Shown in pieces: positions 22,326 through 35,375 of a DNA stretch of 64,000 nt. How positions within the stretch are numbered: the first letter of the stretch is position 1; every line of letters begins with the position of its first letter. Made by a program: the position numbers and the translations under genes. Under the pieces are notes generated by a model. It made no database searches. It had not been told where the DNA came from and saw only the letters and a program-made list of their open reading frames with translations. Source of the DNA: Trypethelium eluteriae. Its lineage: Eukaryota. The stretch spans positions 1-64,000 of the forward strand of contig JAVECL010000008.1 of NCBI GenBank assembly GCA_051942245.1, in the 5' to 3' direction.

Positions 22326-25300
22326 ATGGGATCATTGAAGGTCAGGGGCCAACTCTCCGATAAGCTGCGTGGAAAACTAGTAGAGAGCAAATTCGATAAA
22401 ACCCCGTACGAATTTGTCCCGCAAGGCGCCTTTGACGACATCTTCTCGAGAGTGTCAATCATGGAAGCGATGAATATTACGCAGTCTAATGATGCGCTGG
22501 TAGATTTCGTCTACACAAGGGCACGGAAGGTCTTTGCTACAATGGCTTACATCGAGCCAAAAAGAAAATTTCTGAAAATGGCTATGTCGTGGTTCTTCAA
22601 GAACAACTTCCACGATAGAAAGCTACCCATCGATAAGTGGTCTGGCAAAAAGTTCCGAGACAACGAAGCGAAAGGCATTCTGCATCCTTTCGCATCAATG
22701 GAAGATACCGTCGAAGACGAAGATGATCGATTCTGGACTACGACCAAGATATACGACTTCCAGGAGGCGCAATTCAAATTCCTCGCGCCTGTGTTCTCGA
22801 CAGATAAGCCCAGTCACGATCTTTGGAACTGCACCATACCTTTCGAGGCGAAGGACGTCACCTATGCCGAGGGCTCGTTCGGCACGGTATCTAAATATAC
22901 GATCCACAGCGATCACGTTCAGGATCCAATGAAATCGGTAAGCCAATCATCGCAAGTGGCCATTTACCGGTCTCCACGCTGACACACTGTAGGACGCTTC
23001 ATATTCCCATGCTTTCGCTGTCAAGGAGCTCAAGGTCGATAATGACCAGGATCGCCAAAAGGTGGCCCGAAATTGGGCGTCTGAGGTGAAGGCCATGGCG
23101 ACGATGAATAAGCTTGACCATAAAGATCACATCGTCCGCTTCATTACCGCCTTTCGTCGCGGCACGCCGGAGGAACCAGAACATTACTTGATCACCGAAT
23201 GGGCGGATGGTGGTAATCTACACGATCTGTGGAAGCAGACACCCAGACCCCAAGAGACGAACTTGAACGTTCAAGAGGTGATCAAGCAACTATTGGGGCT
23301 TGCAGAAGCCTTAAATGCAGCTCACTTTCTGTCCGATGGACGTGCCTACAGTGGTGCATCGTATCGCCATGGGGATCTCAAACCGGCGAACATTCTGTGG
23401 TTTAAGGAGAAAAGCAAATTAGGCACACTCAAGATTTGTGATTGGGGCTGTGCCAAGAACAAAAAAATTGTGACTGCTATGCGCCACAGCAAGACTTCGG
23501 CTGAGTACGGCACTCGACGCTACCAGCCTCCAGAGATTGAGACTGGAATGAGTTCGATGCTTCCGGGATCCCAAGAGAAGCGGATTTCTCGGCTATACGA
23601 TATTTGGTCCATGGGCTGCATCGCTCTCGAATTCATCGTATGGCTTCTTTACGGTATCGATGGACTGGAAATGTTCAATAAAAGTATGAAGGGAGATATG
23701 AGCGACGGCTCACCATTCTATCAATTAAGCTATGTTGGGGGTAGGAAGCTGGCCAGAGTCCACAATATCGCTACATATTGGATGAATCACATGGCCGAAG
23801 ATCCCGCCTGTAGGGTCGGTACTACCGCCCTTGGTGACCTTCTCGAGATCGTCCAGAGAGGTCTTCTGGTTGTAAAACTCCCTCGGAGAGGAGGTACCTT
23901 TGCCGAGAATGGCTTTCAACGACCTTATATAAGCCCTCCTACGGCGCGGCGACACGGACTTGGTAGTGGTGAGATCCATAGCGAGTCAGCGCCCAATTGG
24001 ATGTCGACCACCCAGGGAAGCCCTTCAGCAACCGTCCCAGAGATAGACTTATCCTCAGCAGGGCTACCTGAAGATGATTTGGAACCGCAGTTCGGTATGG
24101 TAGGACCCGAACGACTTCGTGCTGACCAGCTGCGTGACAGGTTGGATCATATTGCGACAGCGGACGAAAAAGAGAGCTACTGGTCTACAAAGCCAGGGCG
24201 ACCGGTCTCTCACATTCCCACACATATATATTCCGATGAATCAGTTCCTGACTCTCTCAGCAGACCTATACAGGACCAGGTAGATTACGACTATCCCAAG
24301 CTTGACCCTCACCACTGGGGATTTGAAACGGATAATAAGCTTGCGACTGAAGTTTTCTCTATCTTAAAAGATAACGACCACTTTCCCATTCCTAGGACCT
24401 GCATAACATCGAATCTTTGCGGTGAATGTACGAGACTCCGTGACGGCTTGTGGGATTTGTTTTTCGAGATCTCCTATGACCTAGACAGCCTTGAGACCAG
24501 GGGCAAAGCTCATAAGTGCGACCTGTGTGGTTTGCTCTGGAGAACATGCGAAAGGAATTGGGGGACAATATTTGACAAAGTTCGGTTTGAGAGATCTGGA
24601 TGCTCGTTGACAATGAATGGCGGACGCCTTCCTGTCCTCTCAATTTTCCGCGATATCGGTAAGTCACACATGACACCTTCAAGGTGTTGATTTGCAAGCA
24701 CAAGCTGACTTCAAGTCTCTAGACTGCAAGAGTCCAGCAACTGCAGATCTTCAGATTGGATTTGCGGAGCTTCCAAAGGCTGGAAGTCCGACGCACCTCG
24801 AAGTAGTTCGCAAGTGGCTCCACGATTGCGACCATCACCACTGTACATCAACATGCAAACCAACCCAGCGAGAAAATAGACTTGCATCCGGTACGTCAAC
24901 ACAATTGCCTACCCGGCTCATTGATGTTGGCATCGATGGCGACCATACGGTCCGCCTTTGGGAGACGAATTCCCAGGATTTCGTTACCCAGGATACTGGA
25001 GGATGGATTTCGTTATCTCATCGATGGGGACTGCGATCTCACCTTTGCACTACATCGGACAACGTTAGAGAGCATCTCACGGGAATGAACCTAGAAGCGC
25101 TACCTGCTACATTTAAGGACGCTGTTCTGGTCACGCGCGCCCTTGGGCGGCGATATCTCTGGATTGACTCAATTTGCATCATTCAAGAGGGAGACCAAGC
25201 CGATTTCGAGCAGGAAAGCAAGTGCATGGAAGATGTCTACAGTGGCGCATATTGTGTCATCGCAGCCACCTGCGCCACTGGTCACAACTCTGGGTTTCTC

Positions 25301-26358
25301 AAGCCACGAAGCAAGAGAGACTATGTCGCCCTTCGCCGCGAAGCTGAGAGCGAAGCGCCGTTCTATGTATGCCAGACAATCGATAGCTTTCAAGAGCACG
25401 TGCTGGAAGACACTTTGAATAGTCGCGGCTGGGTGTTGCAGGAGCATGCACTTGCCCGTCGAACCGTCTTCTTCACGGAGCATCAGACGTACTGGGAATG
25501 TAGCCACGGCGTGCGATGCGAGACTATGACTGAATTACGCAAGTAAGTAGATTCGCGTCATTGGACTTAATGATCCTTTTGAGATAACTGATACCAACAT
25601 TGCATTGTAGTGTGTCGGCGCAACTGCTAGGAGATCCTAACTTCCCCCAGATTCTCGAATCAGCCCCCCAGGGGGAGAGGATCATTCGTTATCAGGAGCT
25701 TTACCAGATCTATTCACGTCTAGGTCTTTCAGACGCTTCAGATCGACCCAGAGCTATCAACGGCCTCGAAAAACGACTGCTGCGCACCATGAACGTGAGA
25801 GGTGGTTTTGGGATATTCGATGCGGGTTCAACTAAAGGACTACTTCGCCGAAGTCTCTTGTGGCATCGGGGATCTGACACACCCAGTTTGACTCGCATCT
25901 CATGGATCACCGTCCCATCATGGTCTTGGATGGCCTACGCAGGTGGGAAAGATACGAATGGGAAAGAATTTCCTGGAGGAATCAACTATTTCCAACTGAG
26001 CTTTAATGGATTCGATTGGGAAGATATTGAATCGCCGTGGTCGCATCCCAAGAATGGCGAGTCAAGCGATAAGCTTATCGCCAAGGTTCGAGAGTTCAAG
26101 CAGAGCGCCGCACGAACACGTGAAGATTATCTCATGTTCGACACTCCTGCAGACACGAATAGAAAGAATGCCAAGTGTATTATCTTAGGGATTCAAAAAG
26201 GCCCGATAGCCTCAAGTGAAAAACGACATTACGTTCTCGTGGTCGTTCCAACGGTCCGTTTCGATGATAAAAACACCAGGATATATGAGAGAGTTGGTGC
26301 AGGATATCTACCTGGAAGATGCTTCACCGACGGTTCTGTGCTGGCCAGCATTCAATAA
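22326..26358 (+). CDS. Protein kinase-HET domain fusion protein (~1281 aa); 4 exons
   Basis: Exons 22326-22937, 22993-24658, 24723-25542 and 25611-26358 join in frame. Kinase motifs EGSFGTV, FAVKEL, HGDLKPANILWF, DWG, YQPPE and DIWSMG. HET motifs LPTRLIDV, LSHRWG, YLWIDSICIIQ, VYSGA and RGWVLQE. Confidence 0.92.
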
Positions 26359-27185
26359 AAGCCATTCTTCCTTTATTTCATCTCCCTTCTTGAGTAGAGC
26401 GAATCACGCTTCCGGAGGCGATCTAGAAAGTAGCTTTATTATGTTCGGTCCATCGTTGTATCTACATAGATACCTTTATGCAATGATAGTGGTTGCATAG
26501 TTCTTCTTTCAGGTCTCCTTGATATCAGTGGTGTTTATTTTACCATTGAACCTACTTTTGAACACCATTGTAAATTTTTCCAAAAGCTTGACAGTTTTAC
26601 TTTCCATTCCAATGATGACTTCTTAGTACAGTAGGCTTCGTGGCTTTTGTTTTTATCCTTCCTCAAAAATTTATTGTTACGTAGTATTGATACTTGCTAG
26701 CTAATACTCGTTGACCAATGGACTCATGCGTGCTGCTTTGTTCAACTACCATCTGCCAATTAACTTCTCCAACAAGCACTCTCACGACCACCTTTTCACT
26801 CAGGTCAAAAGCCTTCGATGAGCCCGTGCCATCTGCCTGCAAATCTAGATACACGTACTAAGTCTAAGATCGATGCGGCTACCAAAAACGAAGGCGACAT
26901 GATTGGCTAGGAAGATAATTTTGAAAGGAAGTAGCTTTGGTACTTTGGTGGTGGATGCTTCCTTATTGATATTAGCGCCGTATGTACTATTTAGTTTCGT
27001 CTGTGGTTTCTCTGCAACTTAGACTCTATACTAATTTATCTAATTTAAATTAGCTTTATCTTTATTAGGTCATGAGCCCGGTTACATGCCGGTGTGTCGC
27101 CCAGCTCAGTATCAACCCTCCCTCTATAAGCTCGACTTGATGAAGGCCAATGATCCAGTAATTTTGTGACAACGTAACGATCGTA

Positions 27186-27782
27186 TTACCCATAAAGATC
27201 GGCCAATTCAGTAAGGGTTTTATGGTGGATTGATGGTGTTTTAGGATCCTCCGGTAAGAATGTCCCAGATGATCTATTGAGTTTTAGGCAATTCAGGCAG
27301 GTCACACGGCGTTCGACATGAAGAGGGCGACGTTCACCAAGAGTCCGCACTGACTCATTGTCCACAAACGCGTTCCTACCACCCATGACTTCTGTCCCAT
27401 CTTGGCAACGCAGAAAAAAGCTTTCTACTGATTGCGATTGCTGAGGTCTCGACGTTTCTGGCTCCGCAAGCACGCTTCTATATCTCGCACGATGTCCCTT
27501 CTTTGTCGCGGCAGAGGAGAGCGTTCTGAGCGAAGTGGATAGATCATCCCACGCATCGCGACTTGTTTTCCTACTGCACGCTTTGCATTTGCGTTGGTTG
27601 CAGACAACGTAATGTCCTGAACGATTGACAGAGAATTTAGGCGTCCCGACAACCCCATCCTTTGCTTTATATGCCGCACATTTCACGACCATAGGGACGC
27701 CGTCAAACAGACAGTGGACAAGGTCAACTATTCGAGATTGAAGAAGGTTACCCTGCTCAAGAACTTGTGTTTGTGTTTCCAT
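27186..27782 (-). CDS. Hypothetical protein (198-aa ORF)
   Basis: ATG-initiated ORF with several Cys pairs; no recognised family. Confidence 0.3.
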   Translation of the reverse strand: METQTQVLEQGNLLQSRIVDLVHCLFDGVPMVVKCAAYKAKDGVVGTPKFSVNRSGHYVVCNQRKCKACSRKTSRDAWDDLSTSLRTLSSAATKKGHRARYRSVLAEPETSRPQQSQSVESFFLRCQDGTEVMGGRNAFVDNESVRTLGERRPLHVERRVTCLNCLKLNRSSGTFLPEDPKTPSIHHKTLTELADLYG

Positions 27783-27902
27783 GGGTCTACCCCTTCTTAG
27801 CCTTGTAACGTGATTAGCTATCTACTCTGTAGACACGCGTACCATTTAGACACTCTGGCATTTTTTCCCTCTAAAACTTATATAAATCATGCAAACTTAA
27901 CG

Positions 27903-29327
27903 CTATTGAGAAAGAGGGTTATCACGAAGATACTCTCGGCTCTGATAAAGAGTTAGCGATAGACTCAGAACGACTTGGTTGAAACAACTCACCACTGTAA
28001 TGGTATCATACCCGTATAGCCATTTGAGCAACGCTGGCGACGGATATATAGCTGCCTCGTCTCCCACCTGTGACGCTTGCAGCGCTTTCCGATCTTCACT
28101 GCTCAGCTTCAGATACTCAGCGAGCTCTTCTGTTGCTTTCCTCAACCCTTCATTCCGAGCGGCAACAGCATCATTGTACGACTTCGCTGTGTAGGAGCTG
28201 ACATTCCGTTGGCTGATCATCGAGATCTCCCACACCCGATCATTCCGTCGCTTCCGGATTGCCTCGTACGCTTTGACTGCTGACTTGAGCTCGGAGACAT
28301 CTTTGCAGGCTGAGATGCATTCGCAAAGTGCGGCTGCGTCTTCCACAGCCATATTCGAGGCACTTGCTGCTGCGGGAAGCATGGCGTGCGCAGCATCGCC
28401 TAGTAATACTATGCGACCATTCTCGCTCGAGTAGGTTGGTAGATCGGGAAGATACACGATTGTCCATTTCACGCATTTTTTGATCGAACTCAAGAGCTCC
28501 GGTACAGGGGAGAAGAAGTCTTTGTAGGCGTCTACAAGCTCTACGGGGTCGACCTCGGGGTTGAAGGTGTCATGAGCCTCTTTGTTGACGGGTCGATGGC
28601 AAGGAGCTACGATGTTGAAGGATTTCCCTTGGTTGCATGGATAGCAGAGCAAGATCCCGCTCGGACCGAGGAAGAAATTGGTGTCGCCGTTGTTCGATAG
28701 TGCTGCTGTCGGTGGAGCTGTGAGCATATGGTCTCGATCAGCAAGACAGCGATATGCGTATTCGTCCCATACTATAGGTACAATGTCCCGGCACGAAGCA
28801 ATTCCAGCTCGAGCCTTGGACCATATACCGTCTGCGCCGACAATCAGATCGGCTTTAAAGCACCGACCATCGGTCGTATACACGGTCCCAGTGTCTGCGT
28901 CGACCTTGACGGCTTTCGCTGAGAACACGAGTTCTGCTCCGTGAGACACGGCACTTTCTGCCAGGAGCTGCTGATAGTGCGGTCGATAGATAGTCCAAAG
29001 CGGAGACCCATATATGTCCTCGTACCATGAGTTGATATTTCTCGGATGCTTGCCCAGTGTTTCACCTGCATCGTACGTTCGGTACTGTACCCAAGGTGGC
29101 TGACAAACAAACTCTTCGAAACGCGCTCGTAGACCCCACGCACAGAGTATTCGAGATCCATTTGGAGAGATTTGAAGACCGGCCCCTAGTTCTGAAAGCG
29201 CAGGACGAGCTTCAAGAACGCAGACACGGTGACCTCTGCGAGCTAGCCCTAGAGCGCTGGCACAGCCACAGATGCCGGCGCCTATGACAATTATCGAGAA
29301 TTTGGGCTGAGTATCTGGGTCTCTCAT
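27903..29327 (-). CDS. FAD-dependent monooxygenase (salicylate hydroxylase-like)
   Basis: GAGICG Rossmann motif, GAGLQI, DLIVGADG and LLGDAAHAM. Probable in-frame 51-nt intron 27942-27992 (GTGAGT..GCTAAC..CAG). Confidence 0.92.
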   Translation of the reverse strand: MRDPDTQPKFSIIVIGAGICGCASALGLARRGHRVCVLEARPALSELGAGLQISPNGSRILCAWGLRARFEEFVCQPPWVQYRTYDAGETLGKHPRNINSWYEDIYGSPLWTIYRPHYQQLLAESAVSHGAELVFSAKAVKVDADTGTVYTTDGRCFKADLIVGADGIWSKARAGIASCRDIVPIVWDEYAYRCLADRDHMLTAPPTAALSNNGDTNFFLGPSGILLCYPCNQGKSFNIVAPCHRPVNKEAHDTFNPEVDPVELVDAYKDFFSPVPELLSSIKKCVKWTIVYLPDLPTYSSENGRIVLLGDAAHAMLPAAASASNMAVEDAAALCECISACKDVSELKSAVKAYEAIRKRRNDRVWEISMISQRNVSSYTAKSYNDAVAARNEGLRKATEELAEYLKLSSEDRKALQASQVGDEAAIYPSPALLKWLYGYDTITVVSCFNQVVLSLSLTLYQSREYLRDNPLSQ

Positions 29328-30472
29328 GTTTTACCTTGTCTAAAATCTTGAGCGGCGACGAGAGGGAAAAAAGTACCAGATGGAACGCTCCGGTCACGGT
29401 TTCCTCTATGAATTATTTTCCCCGAAAATCGACATTTCCCATTGTTCTACCAGCAGGGTCCAGCTCATGAGGATGCAAGATATTCCAGAAGGCAGAAACC
29501 ATTATCTGAGGAATTCAACCGTAATAGATGGTCCACCGTGGTTTCCTCCTGCCCCGCAATTGCAGGTTCCTTGCCGTGTGAGGAGAACTCGGACGGACAC
29601 GGACGGAGCCACTATCCGAGGCTTTGCGAAATCGGAGAAGCACAAATTTCTAAAATTAATTATATTATAATTTTATAACAATATATCAATAGGGTATTAT
29701 TTTATAAATTTAAACTTTCTAATTAGCTAGAAACAACTAGGGGTGCTCTTACATATATACTGTATCAAGAGCTACCTAAGGAGCTTCGTGAAACTGTGGT
29801 GTGCAGGTGGTGGGCCCGTGCAGGTGGTGGGGGAAACCTCTAGCGGCGACTTGAGCGGCCGAAACGAGTAAAGTACCGGTTATCACTCTACCCAGGCACA
29901 GATTGTTATTGTAGTAAATACCTTAATGGCATGATTATTCCACGCAGCGTTGAAAGAATCTCCAAATCCCTCTGGTACCTAAGCGTTCGATATTACAGTC
30001 CTCTGGGCAGTCCAGCTCCCTTGAGGTTGACTTACCTAGTCTGTCATAAGATACGGCGTCGGAATCACCGAGTAAGTGCCCGACCGTAGATTATCGCCTA
30101 GACTAACAACAGTGACTAGAAGAAGTTGTGTGAATATTTTTGGGGTTTCGGAATTATCTGTCTTTATGTTGCGCTGTAGCATTTCCGGCCAGCTCTTTTC
30201 TTCGGTGTGACCGAGCCCTGTAGAGATGAAAATAGAGAAGCCAACAACAGTGGCTTTCCGACAGCACGAAATGACGTCACATATGTTTGTGATTGCAGAT
30301 CGACTTTCTTTAATAGCCACTAGTCGTCGTTGCTGGCATGAAGTCGTACGTAGATGGTGAGCGTCGTGAGATTGATATACAGCCACTGTTCCTCGCTCGC
30401 TCTTTCCCCCCCTCGTATGCTATGCTCTTACATACCGAGTTGACAAAGCCTACCTCTTCTCGATCTCACGAA

Positions 30473-31450
30473 ATGCGTACTGCAACTTATTCCAAAGCTA
30501 ATGTCTTAATCATGCTCCTAGCAAACGGTGTAATTACGATTTTAGCGACTAATCCAGCGAGGAACCTAACCTCTCTCTTTGGCGGGAAGATTCTAGGCAA
30601 TCAGACCTTAGACCCTGACACTTTTAGTGGCCTGCACATTGACAATCGCACTATTTGTCAGTCCGATAATTGCAGCACTGCGTGTAGTAACGCGATTGGG
30701 GCTGTCAAGGCCAATAATACAATTCATGCTCTGGCCATCCCTGCTGATCCTACAAACAGTCCGCACAAGCGGATGCCAGATACGAGACAATACCTCAGAA
30801 GGCTATGGGCTGCAATGGATAGGCAACATTTATGGAGCGATCTTAGCAGTCCTGGTGATCAGACGAGAAATCATTGGTCGCTTTTTCCGAATTACCCAGA
30901 CCAGGGTGCTCTTGGTACCCAGACCTTAGCCGGGAACACAGCTGTCGTAATTATGACTAGGAAAGGTGTCTTTATCTCCCTTGTCCATGAGAGTGATATA
31001 CTAAATGCGCGAAATGATGAGGATTTTTTAGCACGTACCTACGGAATAATACGATTTGGAAACCGGGCCTGCCGAGGTGCAAGCCTTGGAATAGAACAGC
31101 TTAAAGAAAGAGGACAATTATTTTCTGAGGAGAACCAATTTATATATATCTACATCATTACACAGCGACCCCGTAGTCTTACTACTAACTCTAATGTCGA
31201 GTATGAGCGTCGGATTACTTTACTTCGGGATAGCCTCAGCCTGTTATTTCCAAATGTGAGAGAAGTGGATGTCATCCAATATAGAGATGATCGTATACAC
31301 CCTCGGTCAAGCGGAATTGCTATAGAGGTTAATACAGATAAAGGATATTTCTGGGAACACTCTTTGAACATTCGACCTGAGTATGGAGCATGGAGGTTGT
31401 GGGTGGGAGAGCGGCTGATAAAGGAGGCCTATTTTCTTCAAGACGCGTAG
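30473..31450 (+). CDS. Putative secreted protein of unknown function (325 aa from the ATG at 30473)
   Basis: Long intronless ORF with a hydrophobic N-terminal segment (VLIMLLANGVITILA). Contains LAGNTAVVIMTRKGVFISLVHE. Confidence 0.6.
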   Translation: MRTATYSKANVLIMLLANGVITILATNPARNLTSLFGGKILGNQTLDPDTFSGLHIDNRTICQSDNCSTACSNAIGAVKANNTIHALAIPADPTNSPHKRMPDTRQYLRRLWAAMDRQHLWSDLSSPGDQTRNHWSLFPNYPDQGALGTQTLAGNTAVVIMTRKGVFISLVHESDILNARNDEDFLARTYGIIRFGNRACRGASLGIEQLKERGQLFSEENQFIYIYIITQRPRSLTTNSNVEYERRITLLRDSLSLLFPNVREVDVIQYRDDRIHPRSSGIAIEVNTDKGYFWEHSLNIRPEYGAWRLWVGERLIKEAYFLQDA

Positions 31451-32360
31451 TAGCGATCTCGCTGTCTCCACAGCAATGTATTCCTTTGTAGAAATTCCGT
31501 GGAAATGCTGTGGAAATGATGTGCTTCCTCACAAGTACCTCCTCCTTCACCGCTCGAACTTGCCTTGTCACCGTCAAGATTGTACCTCCTTACAGCCGCT
31601 CCAAGCAGGACGTACAGCGTCACACTCACAGCACTCTTCTTTAACTGAACGAACTAGCAACGCCTGAGTTTTTCTAGCTAAGAGGTTCACTCACTTACCG
31701 AATCGCTGCTCAAGCAATCCCCAGGACTGGCCGATACTTGTTAGACAGAGCCCATCCAAACGATGAGGTTTAGAAGCAACCGAGACACCCATAACACCAG
31801 GCTACAACAAGTTCCTGCCCTCCCCGTGCGAAAGCATTTTGTAGAACTCTTCACGCACTTGTCGTGGTCCGAGGGTAACTCGGAGTTCCGTGACTACACG
31901 CGCAACAATTTGATACCGACTGTCTTGTCATGTTTGATTCTGAGATTGGACAATTTTGGCGTCTATTCTCCATGTTTTCCTGATAAATTCATCCACTACT
32001 CTAGGGTCTTATTAGTCTTGCCGAAGGAGCCGACGAATGCTCTAGACGAGGGCATGAGCATCATCTTCGATAACGGCAGCCTCACGGGGGACACAAGATC
32101 GACCGAGATGCCAGGGAAAGCAAATTTTTCGACCAAACCGAAAGCCGCGAATGATGCCGCGGAAAGAAACTAGATTGGGTGATCAGCCAGAGCATCTAGC
32201 AAGATCCAGCTGAACTCTCCTCGTTACTGCTAGCGTAAGCGGATATGACGGGCGTCGAACTCCTTCTGCGCTGGAAGATGAGCGAGAATAAACTCAAACG
32301 AGGGTCTCAGCATTCTAGCTCTAGAGACTTTTGGGGAAGGAGAGGAGAAAAACTTGCTTA

Positions 32361-32439
32361 CAGTCACGCAAAAAAGGTGTCCGCTCGCTGGCACGGGAAA
32401 ATTGCCGGGGGCTGCCCGCACACTTTTGTCCTAGAACTG
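32361..32439. mobile_element. 79-bp Tc1/mariner-type MITE, copy B
   Basis: TA|CAGTCACGCAAAAAAGGTGTCCG...CACTTTTGTCCTAGAACTG|TA. Confidence 0.75.
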
Positions 32440-33269
32440 TAAGGGAGGTTCGACCCTTTGAGGCGTTATCGTTTGTGTATGACTGTGACATGCCATCCAC
32501 CCAGAATCTGGAGGCTTTTATCTCGCATTCAGACGCTCGTGCGTGTATCGATACCCGGAGACAGCGTCTTTAGTTCGGGAATCACACATCTATACCACAA
32601 TGTCCCTGCCAATGCTTTGCTTGGTGAAATGCAGTTATTTGCTGGAAGAATGGCGCTGAAACTCCGTAGAGTAGAACGTGGTATTAGGATGAACGACGAC
32701 GAGGTGTGCTCGACCAAGGAACAAAATGGTAAAAGCATGAGGAAAAGCCGGGGAACATCATTTCGCAGTGAAACGGGAATCTAATTTATAAACCACAATG
32801 TCCACACAATGCTTACCCAAGGGAAACTCTCCATTCGATTATGGTAATTCACTGAAGCATTATCGGTGATTGCTGGTACTACGAGGTGAGTAGTGTGTCA
32901 GCGAGGACGGTTAGATAAAGACGATTTATATAGAAAAGAGAGGGTCAATGCAAACAGAGTACGGAGCAAACTACATGGAACTTTTCAATAGGAATCGCGG
33001 GGAATACTTCGATCTAAGCATCCCGAAAGCGGAGCTTGTTCGATACGAAGTCCAGTATCTGCACGTACACGGAGATGCAGACATCGAGAACAGAATGAGG
33101 AGTACAAGACTGCGACAGACAGGTTCGTCTCATCATGGATGGGTGTTGAGTCCAGATTACCCTTCCTTAGCTGCAGCAGCCCACTCACAAGCTCTTCTTC
33201 CCCCTAGGCATCCTCGCTAGCCAGTATAGAGCCAGCTAGGAGTAAGCAAAGGAGACGGTCGCATCTACA

Positions 33270-35375
33270 TTGTCAACAGTAGGTCAAGGTCGGGATATGT
33301 GCGACCGTATCATGCGCATCGAGGCCCTGATCGAGCAGTTGGCCAAGAAAGTCCGCAACGGAAATAATGGCTCCATGGCGGGAGCTAGCTTCTCCGCCCT
33401 GAGTGAGGATGGCTACCCAGCCTCAAGATCGAGCAACGGGGCGGAACTGAGTCGCTCACTAACCGCGTATGAGCAAGTCAGATCGTGTAAGCCGGCCTTT
33501 AGGGCAGGCGTTGACCTGTTGTAGCCGGAAGCGGGACCAGGTAGGAGCTCTCCGAAAGAGTCGTGCTCGACACCCATAATACGAACACCCGAATTTCTGG
33601 CGATAACAACGCCTCCAGAGGCGCTAGGTGTGAGAGGATCTTCAGCCGCTCTGTACGCTACGCTACCACACCGGGAGGATATCCGTCACATAACCAAGGC
33701 AGGTATCGACGGATCAATTCACAGATTCATCACCCATTCTTTCGCTGTGCTGGCCTAGAGACCGGAGGCTGAAAGGGCGAACTTAGCGGACATATCTGAA
33801 GCAAGCATTCATCCATTACTGCACGTCTGGAACTCCATGCCGCATCAGAACTGCCATGCCAACTAATGCGACGGTTCACCAACTCAGTTGGGAACCTGGC
33901 GATCAACAATGACGAATTCCTGGGTTCCGTGGTCAGGCTGGAATGCATCATGCTCGACGTCATGTACCAAGCGTACGGCGGCAATCTTCGACGTGATTGG
34001 TTCGTGTGCAGACGTGCGATGGTGCATGCACAGATGATGCATACTCATCGCAGCGACATTCAGTGCCCACTAAGGGTGGTCGACTCGAGCGAGCCTATCT
34101 ATCCAAATTTCATCTGGTATCGAATCGTCTACACAGACCATCAGCTAAGGTTAATGGCAGGCCTGCCGCAGGGCTCTCCACACGTCTCGATGGCGTCTGA
34201 AGCTGCACTTCCAAGCGACACTCCTTCAGGCAGATTTAAGCGCAAGCAGACCGTCATCGCGTCGTGCATCCCCGAGCGCAAAGAGTCGTCACATCCTGCC
34301 ATAATAGACGACTTCGCAGTCCTACAGGACATCGATGCCGAGCTCCAGAAGGCGGCAAATGAGATGCCCAGTAAGTGGTGGCGGGTTCCCAGCCTTGCTA
34401 GCGTTGGACATATCCGGAGAAGATAGTTTTGGAGATGCTGCGTCTGCTCGACCAAGTATTCTACCTGTCCTCGCTCAACCTGCTGCGCCTCTCCTACATG
34501 CTTCGATCGAGCGCTTCCGTCCCAGAGCGTGGCGGCGACTTTGGCGCCAGCAGCAGGTATGAGGACAGCAAGCTGAGCAACATCAATGCAGCGCGTGAGC
34601 TGTCAGCCCGCTTCATGGCCACCCGCTCTCGAAATCATGTGGCTTTCTGCTGTCGATTTGTCGACTCTTTCGCGCTCACGGTCGCGATGACGCTGGTCAT
34701 CGCGCACCTCTGCGGACACTGCAAGCAACGACAGCGGCGGCAGGAACCAGGAATCACAGCAGTCAATGTGCTCGCGCATTAGAAAAATAGCGACCGTGCG
34801 ATTTTGGAACAGGTTCCGAGAACGTGGAGGCCGTCACGCGGCTGAACACGGACGTCCTGAGCGAGCACAGCTCGAGCCTGCTGAAGAGACTGCTGAGCCT
34901 CAAGGCGGATGCCGCCGCTACGGTCACAATGGATCTGTATCCTCACTCAGCGACGGATGATGCGCAGTTTCTACAGATCGGCATCCCATACTTCGGCAAC
35001 GTCCGAATCAGCCGCGATGACGCCGTCTCCATGGGGGCTTCTCCGTGTGCTACCCTACCATCGCCGACGCGGCAGCGGCGTGTGCCGGCTAATACAGTGG
35101 TGTTCCTGCCAGAAATACAGGCCTCTGGATGCGGTCATACGGTGGGGCAGGTAGATGGTCGTTCTGATCCTGGCATTCTGACCCAGATACAGCCCTTGCT
35201 TGACGAGGTTGCCTCAGAGATGTTGCTCATTCCTCAGGAGGCCACGTGGATCTCTTCATCAGCTATAAAGGTACCCGACCTGCAGGCGTGCCGGCCGTCT
35301 GCTACACAGTTACCGATAGCCATAAACAATGCCCTGCATCCGCAGGAGCAGACGAGTAGGTGTTCCAGGGAGTAG
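33270..35375 (+). pseudogene. Degenerate Zn2Cys6-type transcription factor (middle region; no intact zinc cluster seen)
   Basis: DRIMRIEALIEQL coiled coil, IWYRIVYTD...GLPQG, WWRVP and FCCRFVDSFAL fragments are broken by stops and frameshifts. Confidence 0.7.

Noticed and set aside
29645..29725. Short AT-rich patch upstream of the monooxygenase
   Set aside because: Could be a RIP relic, but no TIR, TSD or second copy was found.
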